Below are positions 29,734 through 40,200 of a stretch of 64,000 bases of DNA, one piece after another. A model generated the notes under the pieces. It worked only from the letters and a program-made list of their open reading frames with translations, made no database searches and was not told the DNA's origin. Position 1 is the first letter of the stretch; each line of letters begins with the position of its first letter. The position numbers and the translations under genes are program-made. The stretch is from Mizuhopecten yessoensis (lineage: Eukaryota), in contig NW_018405514.1 in assembly GCF_002113885.1 (NCBI RefSeq), forward strand, positions 280,297 through 344,296, in the 5' to 3' direction.

Positions 29734-30095
29734 AGAGTTATTCCAAGGGGGTATGAAAAATTGATGCAAAAACAAATCTAGCTATATAACAAAGAGGACC
29801 AAATAAAGATAGATACCTTTTCACCCCGTATGATCTAACAGTTTTAATTGTTTTAAATTGAGAATGTTAATTAAATGTACACTGCACTGAAGATATCACT
29901 TTTAATTTACTGAAGATTCTATTTATCTAATAAATATTAAAATTTTGTATTTCAAAACATTTTTTTATGAGAGAGATATGGAGAATTATCAGTATGATAA
30001 ATGTGATATCTTCACTGCATACAAGAACTAAAATAATGTAGTGTTCAACAGTGATGAAATAAAGTGGACTATTTTGTTACAATACAAAAGTGATA

Positions 30096-31035
30096 CAGTT
30101 GTGGGATCGCACAACGTTACACGATGTGCGGTGTGCGCACGATGTGTGCACGATGGGCGAACGATAAAAAGCTGGACGATCATTGCTTGCGCACATCTGT
30201 GCGCACGATGGACGGACGTTGTGCGATAACAATCGTGGTTGGTGTAAATTGAGGAATGCCTTAATAATTTATACGGTTTCGTGTTTAAACATATAAACTT
30301 GATGTTTACGTATGTTTCTATATTCTAGCAACATCTATAAACTTATCTTTCTGTCTATACATTCTTATATTTAGAAATTGTGTTTTCTGTGTTTTTAAAC
30401 AAACTTAATCGACACATGTAAAATTACAACACAATCCCGTATACAGGTAAACATAACCACTTTGTACATGTACCTGGACCGTAGTTTTCTCCCCGCCTGG
30501 GGCACTTACGTAACTCGTCGGGTAAGGCCGGGGGTGTGAAAATCCAGGTGAAGGGGAGCCATAGGCAAACGAATGCAAATAACAAATACTATTCATTACG
30601 GTCAAACGGTATCGCATATCAGCTCTGTGTGTCAGGCACTGGTCAGGTAAAACTCCGGACACTCATAAAATTGTTATTTACCTGTTCTGTTACCTTGGAG
30701 CCAAACCCATTCTTGACAGCCTAACGGTCGCTGTAATACTGTGTAACACGCATTGTGAAATTGTATAATCTTGATTATTGTGATGAGAAATTACAGATAT
30801 ATACACAGTGTACATTATCGCATACAAGCCTTCCGTATTTTTGTCATTCCGTAATTTTGATCTACAAATGATACCAAATCGCACAGTTGTGCGGAGAGAA
30901 GCGCACAACGGGGCGAACGATTGCTAAATCGCACAGTTGTGCGCACCATGTGTGGACGATGTGCGGACGGTGTGTGAACGATGTATGCACGGTGTGCGCA
31001 CGCTATTTTTGGTGCGTTGTGCGGTCCCACAACTG
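30096..31035. mobile_element. Non-autonomous TIR DNA transposon (940 bp) flanked by TA
   Basis: 21-bp TIRs CAGTTGTGGGA(T/C)CGCACAACG with one mismatch, TA on both sides, GC-rich subterminal repeats (GTGCGCACGATG); no transposase ORF seen. Confidence 0.85.
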
Positions 31036-31240
31036 TATGTGATTTTGACTTGAAATTAAATGTCTCACAATGTTATTTCACACTTGTGAAAATGTCAGAA
31101 AAATCTGCCATATTCGTGAAATATGTATGATATTGATAAACAAACCATTGAAAATCCTTGGTTTATAAACTGAAAATTGTTCAAATATAATGCTTAATGT
31201 TTAAGAGTTATACACTTACCCTGAAAAGAGGATGATGAGA

Positions 31241-34200
31241 TCAGAAGAGGTCCTCCATTTCCTTCATGAACTGGTCGTAGGCGTCGTCCTTCGTCTTGGT
31301 CTGAGCTGCTGCTGAGGCTGGAGCTGCTACAGGAGCCAGGCCTAGTAGCCGCTTCTCCTCTTCTTTGCCTCCTATCATAAAAACACAACCATCAGTATTC
31401 ATTCTCACTTTAAACATGTAGGTCAAATTATACACTCTCAAATTTGTAGGATTTTTTATATTAATTCATAGATATTTTAACTCACTGTTTTATTTATCAG
31501 TATTAGGAGGTGAAATTCCAAATTGGTCTCATAGAATACCAAATTAGTCAACCTTGGGATTGCAGGCATCAAAAGGCAATGATTCTTACAGAAGGGAGAT
31601 AATCAGCACATTTGAACAAATACCTCAATTAAAGGGAAACAACCAACTATGGATTTTTTTCATTTTTACTTTAGAGACAGCTTTAATAATACAAATGTAT
31701 GGGTGGTGGGATCAACAATATTTTACCTTCTGTTTCTGATACCATTTCTAATAATTGGTTTGAAGCAAGTCTGTGAATAACTTACCCATAGGTTTGACAC
31801 GCCCCTTGGCGTCCCGCACTTCTCGCTTGACCTTGAGAGCTGTCGGTGTGAACCTTGTAACATCCCCCATCACATTCTTGATCTGAGGTTTGGCTTCGAT
31901 TGTAGCTGCGTTTTTCTTGTCGTCGCCGCCAGCCTTCTGGGGGAGTTTCATGATACTGGGAGGGGCACTGAGCACATTGGGATTCTGAGAAGCAATACCA
32001 GGAGGAGGCAAACCAGGGGGAAGTATGTTTAATGGCCCACCTGGTGGTCTCATTAATCTGGGCGGCAGTACACCTGGAGGAGAAGGGAAAGGTTCAGTCT
32101 GATATCTACATACTATCACATGACACTCCAATTAACTAATTGACACATAAATTCTCTTTCTGATTTTTCTCTCTCAAAGTTTTGTTGTATTCACTCTTTG
32201 AAGATCTGTTTTAAAAATAACATGATCATGTCAGTAAATTCCTGATAAAAAAAGGACATAACTCACATATAGTAAAGTAATAATAACAGTCTGTCATCTA
32301 TCAAGCCATGGATCACAGTTTATAGAACTGTTAAGACATTCAAATTACAAATTAAATCTGCAATCTTGAACAAACACATAAACTTATTATTCTGTTATTT
32401 CTCTGTTGATATTTCACATTAAGTAAACATCAAAACACCAGAACTCAATAAAAGTTATCTTTAAAAATATCCCTTGTTACACATTAATTGAGCACTTTAT
32501 ATACCAGAACACATAACAGATTTTTTACACTTCATTATGTTTAGGTATTTCAGGTGATGTGACCTCTTGTTTTCTGAATACTGTATGAGCATGGTTACCT
32601 GGTGGACCGGGCGGTAATCGTGGGGGCAGCCTGATGTTGGGAGGTAACCCAGGTGGCGGTCCAGGGGGAAGACCTTGAGGTCGACCTGGAGGAGGACCAG
32701 GGGGCATCATTCTTAGGGGTGCTCCTGGAGGTCCTCCTCGTAACATTGGGGGTCTGAACATCATGGGAGGGGCTCCTGAAGGGGGGCCTGAAGGAGATAA
32801 CAAAATATCATTACACACTACATATGCCATAATATGACAACACTATAGTCATTTCTGACAATAATTTTCAGAGCGTATTTCAATGTTCTTATCACTTCTT
32901 ACAGAAACATTTCAAATGGTACACAAATATGTATGTCATATTGCTAGGATGTACATACAGAATAAACATTTTACCCTATTTGTGACAATTTCAATGATGT
33001 CCAACAGCAGAATCTGACCTTTGCCTGATAAGCATTGATATCTTACCTGGAGGGACTCCTGGTGGAAGGCCTGGGGGTGCACCGGGAGGGGGACCAGGAG
33101 GGATAAGTCTTGCGGATGAGGCGGCTTGCTGTGCTGACTCATCTCCAGGAGGACCATCTGGTAGATTAGCCACAGCTTTCTTTTTCTCTTCTTCGTCCCT
33201 CTTGGAATCTTCACGTCTTTCACTCTGATGGAAAAAAGAAAACAAAGTTGTTTCATTAGTATAACAACACTGAAAATTGCTTGACTCTCTCGAGTCAGAA
33301 ATGTACCTATAAACAGAACAAGGACATAGCAAATATTCAGTCATCGATAACAGATTTAGCTGACGAATACTAAATTATTTATCTTGTATTCTCTCGAAAG
33401 TGTGTGACATGATGGTCTAAGAGAATAGAAACACATATCATTCCATACAAATGTAGTTCTTATTACTTTATATTACTTTTGGATTCGATCACGTAAATAT
33501 TTCTCAAATGTATCATCAGTAAATGTATAATAAAATGCCTTACCCTCCTGTCCCTATCCCTGTCCCGATCTCTATCCCTATCTCTGCTCCTCTCATGGTC
33601 GCGGTCCCTCTCACGGTCTCTATCCCTGTCTCTATCTCGATCCCTGTCTCTATCTCTGTCACGATCTCTGTCTCTGTCACGCTCACGATCACGATCTCGT
33701 TCACGGTCCCTATCTCTGTCTCGAGGTCTTGTGATCCTATCCTCTTCCTCGACCGGTGGGACCTCTACGCCTTTGGGGCCTGGCTGACCTGCCATCTTCA
33801 ACATCATCGCCTGTAGTGGTGTAACTGCAGCCTTCTTCTGTAAACCAAACTTTAACCTTGTGTCCTTCTCATCCTCTTCAGGATCCCTCATATCGTCATC
33901 AACAAATCTTATCTTTCTCTGCTTAGCTGCTGAAAATTAAAAATATCAAATTCATATTTGATATTAGATAGAAATGCCAGTTTATTTCTGCTTATTCATT
34001 GTCAGTCAATAATACAGCAGATCATCAAATGATCCTTCTCTACTATTTCCTTACAGTAATGAAAAGGCAACAAAAAAGGTTATCAGGGCCATTTTCATTT
34101 CAGTGGACAGATTATATGGCCGGACTGTACTATTATCATAGAAATTGGGACAGATTTTTGCGATGGATTAACTCAAGACTTGAAGCAAATTGTGAAGGTT

Positions 34201-37200
34201 AGCATAAATTTACTCTCAAAAAATGTTTTACGAGTAGTTAAACAGTTGTGGTTATGTATGTGTATCAAGTACAAGACAGTCCTTTGTTGAATGTTACTTC
34301 ATCATATATATGCAAGACCACACACTTTTGACTTTTGTTTTTCTAACGAATCAGAAAGCATGAGTTTATTGCGCGGATGAATATATATATAGTGAATATA
34401 TACATCCACGCAATAAATGAGTGCTTTTTGATTCGTTAAAAAAACACAAGTGTGTGGTCTTGCTTTTATCACATACCTCCCGTATTTGGTAAAGATCGAT
34501 ACAAAGATTTTATAAACTTTGATATTTTTTGCAAATACCGGGCTAGTAGGTAAATTCAACATTCCGTATTGCACATGTGCAATACAGAATGTTGTATTCA
34601 TGGTCTGAAAATTGCTTGTATTACTATAACAAGATTCAACAGGTATGTGATAAAAAAGTGTATGTACCTTGCTGGGCATCCTCCAGCTCTGGATCTGGTA
34701 GCATTGGTTCATCCTCCATCATCTCCTGGGGCTCCTCTATTTCCACATCTACCGTGCCTATGTTCTCCTCTATATCTGTAACACAAGAGATATCAAGTAA
34801 GACTACTGTTGGACAGGTGAAAGGGACAAAACTCTTCACATTGTTGAATTGTATATATTTACACCTTGGGCCTGTTCGTTTATGCGGAACAACCGGTTTG
34901 TCTGTTTATAAATGTAACATTTTCAGTATTAATCCTGGCGGACCTGCAATGTTTATGCAGGCTTTCCAAGGCTTTGTCAAGGCTCGTCTGAAAGGAGCAT
35001 CAGATTACTAGGTCCGACCTTATTTAAAAATGAAAAACTGTGGTCCGCCCGGTTTAGCCACTTAAACGAAAACAGCCCTCGTGTATGGGTGTGTTTCTTA
35101 AACTCTACAAAAGGCTTATTGAACATAAAAAGGTTATAAATACTTTATAATTTTATATGGTCATGTTTGCTGCTTCTTTTTGTAAAATTTGAAATAAAAT
35201 TTAAATAATTTCTAAATTCATAGAAAACAAGAAATCATACTTGGTGAAGATCTGTTACACAGCTAAAAACATATACTTATTGGTAAACATGGAAAATTTC
35301 TGCAACTGAAAATAAATCTATCTTCTAACCTTTGGCAGGATCATACTCCTCATCCTCACTGTCAGACAATTCTGGAGGGGGCCCAGGAGGAGGACCTGCA
35401 GGTTTTCTCCGCCTGGCTACTTCTATTTCCATGGCTGTCGCTTCTCTTTGCCTGTAACATGCACCATTATATTACTTTTCAACAGGAAAAAGCAAATCAA
35501 AATTTATTTTGCCGAATAAGATATTTGCTAGTAGTAAATGTGTAATATGTGTATTAGATATTGTCATTTTAGAATAAAGACCTGTTTTCTTACATAGTAT
35601 TAAAAGTTGACTTCTCACTTCACCTTTTGAATTTATGTGTAGTTCAATAAAATGTTGCCTTAGTTAGTAAAGTTTACCCCTTCCCCTTTTTCTCTTCTTC
35701 CTTACAGAGGTGACTACCATACATAACACATTTCAAAAAAGTAGTTTCTATCAACTTGAGGATACCGGTAATCCCAAAATGGGATATATGACTCTTAAAA
35801 GTTCAACTTTCATGGAAAATCTGCAAAATTTTACCTCTTAACCCTTTCAACCCCATGTAACTTAGGTAGACTCTACCATGCATTGATCTGGATGAATCCA
35901 TTATGGTCTACAGTGGTGAAAGGGTTAATATCACACAAAGAATTATTCCATCAAAACATTGCTTGGTCCCTATAAAAGACATCTGTCATACAACTTACCC
36001 ATATGCAGATGACTTCTTGAGAATTCCATGTGGTTGTTTTAAATCATCCAGACTTGGTATTAGGATTTCATTGGGCAGAGGTATCAAGGAAGGAACTGTA
36101 ATACAAGAGCAAACTAAAGGCTACAACACCATATGATTAGGAGCAATTGTGATTATTAGTTCTTAGTAAGGTTCATTTTGATCTCTGAAAATTGATATTA
36201 GAGTCTTTATCAAAAATGCAGAATCAAAACCTTTCCTGTAGTTCTGTGTTGTGGTATGTCTGGTAAAGGTTTACTTACTTGTACTGTGTTGTGGTATGTC
36301 TGGTAAAGGGTTACTTCCTTGTACTGTATTGTGGTATGTCTGGTAAAGCGTTACTTACTTGTACTGTATTGTGGTAGGGCTGGTAAAGAGTTACTTACTT
36401 GTACTGTATTGTGGTAGGTCTGGGAAAGGGGTACTTACTTGTACTGTATTGTGGTATGTCTGGTAAAGGGGTACTTACTTGTACTGTATTGTGGTATGTC
36501 TGGTAAAGAGTTACTTACTAGTCCTGTGTTGTGGTATGTCTGGTAAAGGGTTACTTCCTTGTACTGTATTGTGGTATGTCTGGTAAAGCGTTACTTACTT
36601 GTACTGTATTGTGGTAGGGCTGGTAAAGGGGTACTTACTTGTACTGTATTGTGGTATGTCTGGTAAAGGGTTCCTTACTTATACTGTGTTGTGGTAGGTC
36701 TGGTAAAGGGTTACTTACTTGTACTGTGTAGTGGTAGGTCTGGTAAAGGGTTACTTACTTGTACTGTATTGTGGTATGTCTGGTAAAGGTCTACTTACTT
36801 GTACTGTGTTGTGGTATGTTTGGTAAAGGGTTATTTACTTGTACTGTATTGTGGTATGTCTTGTAAAGGGTTACTTACTTGTACTGGGTAGTGGTAGGTC
36901 TGGTAAAGGGGTACTTACTTGTACTGTATTGTGGGATGTCTGGTAAAGGGTTACTTACCTGTACTGTATTGTGGTATGTCTGGTAAAGGGGTACTTACTT
37001 GTACTGTGTTGTGGTAGGGTTGGTAAAGGATTACTTACTTGTACTGTGTTGTGGTAGGGCTGGTAAAGGTTTACTTACTTGTACTGTGTTGTGGTAGGTC
37101 TGGTAAAGGAATCTGATCTAGCTGCACTCGTTCGGCATTCTTTACTTGTTCTGTTTTATGAAGATTCAAAGATTAAGTTAAAACTATTCAACACATGTGT

Positions 37201-40200
37201 GAGTCAATCTTATATTTTAGAAATGCTGCAACTGTTGATAGCATCATCCGGCTACATAACTGTAAACCAATGATATAAAGTAAATAATGAAAAGAATAAT
37301 TTTAGCACCTAAACACATGGTCAGTTTTATTACACTTAAACTCTTGCAAACTTACTAAGCTATGATATGGTCACCTCAAGATTTTTTTTTAGATATTGTT
37401 AACTTACCAAAAAAAACTTGAAGTTGCATTCTTTTCTTTTCATAATCATTTTCAGATTTTCGTAAATCACGAGCAAAGTCTGGATTTTCTTTTTCCTGTG
37501 AAATAAAATGCAAAATATAAACTTACAAAAAACTGTCATTGTGACACCAGCGAAATGAAGTTTTCCAAATAACGTCATATCACTATTAATTTAGACTAAT
37601 GCGCTAATGATTTTCATTGCATTATTTCCAAAAATATATGTATACCCGGTTTAGAGTGACCGAACCGTGGAACAATCTAGACTCCACAGTAATAAACGCT
37701 CCATCATTAAACTGTTTCAAATCAAGACTGAACCGTGCGTGGAAACACCACCCAGGAAAATTCAGCCCCGCATGCTACAGAGCGGGAGGTGCAGACCGGG
37801 AGTCCGTACCAGTAGAATTAGTAGAAGCGTCAATAGTAGTCTATGACTAATGGTATGACGTCGACAACGGTGAGTTAACGGTGAGTTATATAAAAGAAAA
37901 AAATTAACGTTATCTTCCTTTTAGAAATAGATCTTCATGTATATCAAACTAAGAAAGACATTTAAAGGATACAAAACAAAAGGTACTAGGGGCCTGTATC
38001 ACTCACTTGTTAAATACTGAAATGATTATCTTACCCAATCAAGAGACTATTCCATTTGAATGACCTTAAATTTGGACAGTTCTTCATGCTTGAAAGCTGT
38101 ATGTCATGACTCAAAGCAATATAAGTTCTTTATGAGAGGTGTCTGAATTTTCAACAATTGGCATACATTTTTTGGTTTGTAAAGAGGATGTCTATTCAAC
38201 ATGAGTTTGCAATTTGATACTCCAACGTTTTAGGGAAAGGTCGATTTGATTCCTGCTATCAAGGGTCAAATAAAATCCCTAATAATTAGCTTATGTGACT
38301 GTATGTGGATCAAGATTATTAACCCTTTCACCACTGTAGACCATAATGGACTCCTCCAGATCAATATATGGTAGAGTCTATTGAAGGTATCTAGGGGTGA
38401 AAGGGTTAGGTGAAACGACACACCGCGGTACACGATTCACCGCAGTATTTCTTTTCGGTTCGGTTCACGATTATTTTGAGAGGTCCCAAGGTACACATTT
38501 GGTACATTCCTGCCCGCTCGCCTGTTAGTACAACACTACCCAATATAACGCCTGTTCTGATTGGTTGGTCTCGTCAACATAAGGTCGCTTCGTCCAATCG
38601 CTGATGTCTTATCAAAATCAGAGCTCTTCGAAATAAACAAACATGGAGACAAACTCTGAGGACTTCGTTATATTGAAACCTCTAGCATCATTCCGGTCCC
38701 CTGTCTGGGGATACTTCAGATTTCGCGTAGTTAACAATAACCTAACAAACTTGTTAGTATGTGTACTATTTGTTACACTGACATGAGTTACAAAACAGGC
38801 AACACAATAAATATGGCTACCCATCTAAAGAGGAAGCATGACATCGCCATCAGAGAAAAAGATAATGCCGGGTTTCTTAACATGCTTAACATGTTGGAAC
38901 CTAGATACACCTACACAGTGCCGTGAAGAACATGGATGATCTTGAGATATGATTCAGTATATTCAAATGATCAACAATGACATTTCTATTAACTTCGATT
39001 ACTGTTTAAAAATATTGTCCATTAGAGTAAAAGAAATCACCTTTTATAAGATTTTATCTGTATTTTACAATTGTTATTTCTTTTTCTTCATTTGGTTATG
39101 TATTATTTTGAGGAGAATCAGCTGATTAAAATTTCTTTGAATCTATATTTTCATTTTATTTCTTAAGTATAGCATTGTATTAAAATAATTGTATCGTATC
39201 GAAACATACAGAACCGTGAATTCTGTACCGCTATATGTATGGTATCGTGAGGTAGGCGTATCGTTTCAGCCCTAAAGAATATTGGACAGGCTTTAAAGCT
39301 TTCTTCCAAGTAAGTTACAGGCAAATTTGAAAACTTCAACCAATTTGGCCCTGTGAAATTGAATGTTGGTCAGCTTCTTATATTTGACAAAGTTGATAAT
39401 CCTCTATGCCGACACCCCAGGCCTCAAATTTCATTAGAAGATGTCATTTGAAGAGACTTACACTTTTCGTTTGTGTGGCCTCGAGTCATTGTACATTTTT
39501 GTCAATTTAACTGACCATTACAAACTGAAATACCAAACAGCATTACTCTGTCTGAACTTCTAGTTTAATCATTCACAGCAATCATTTAGGATTTCAACAC
39601 ATGTCACATGTGACCTTGAATATTGGTCAAGTTCAAATTCAACTAGAATTTTGTTTTTGTGAACAAAAACATATGTCTCCCCTTGTTAGTAAATAGACAA
39701 ACTTCGGTATGAGAAATGAACAAAGGGCCGTATCTTTTTATATAGTGGGGCACATGACCCATATTTAGAATGCGACACTTCCCAAGATACGTTAAAACTA
39801 TAGCAAGTTTGGTCAACGTAGGTGAAATAACATGGAAGTTATGCCGTGGACAAACTTCGGAAATAAAAATAAACAAAGGGCCATAACTCTGTATATAGTG
39901 AGGCACAAAACCTGATTTAAGTGTGCGAGATTCCACCTTCCCAAGATACATAAATATGGTAAGTTTGGTCAACGTAGGTGAAATAACATGGAACTTATGC
40001 TCCGGACGAACTTACGTATTGAAAATAAACAAAGGGACATAACTCTGTATATAGTGAGGCACAAAACCTGATTTAAGTGTGCGAGATTCCACCTTCCCAA
40101 GATACATAAATATGGTAAGTTTGGTCAACGTAGGTGAAATAACATGGAACTTATGCTCCGGACGAACTTACGTATTGAAAATAAACAAAGGGACATAACT

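Noticed and set aside
33523-33816. Plus-strand Ile/Ser/Val/Pro-rich ORF
   Set aside because: Antisense shadow of the WBP11 RD-repeat exon.
36241-37109. CRISPR-like periodicity here and in the other arrays
   Set aside because: Units are head-to-tail with no unique spacers, there are no cas genes, and the context is eukaryotic.
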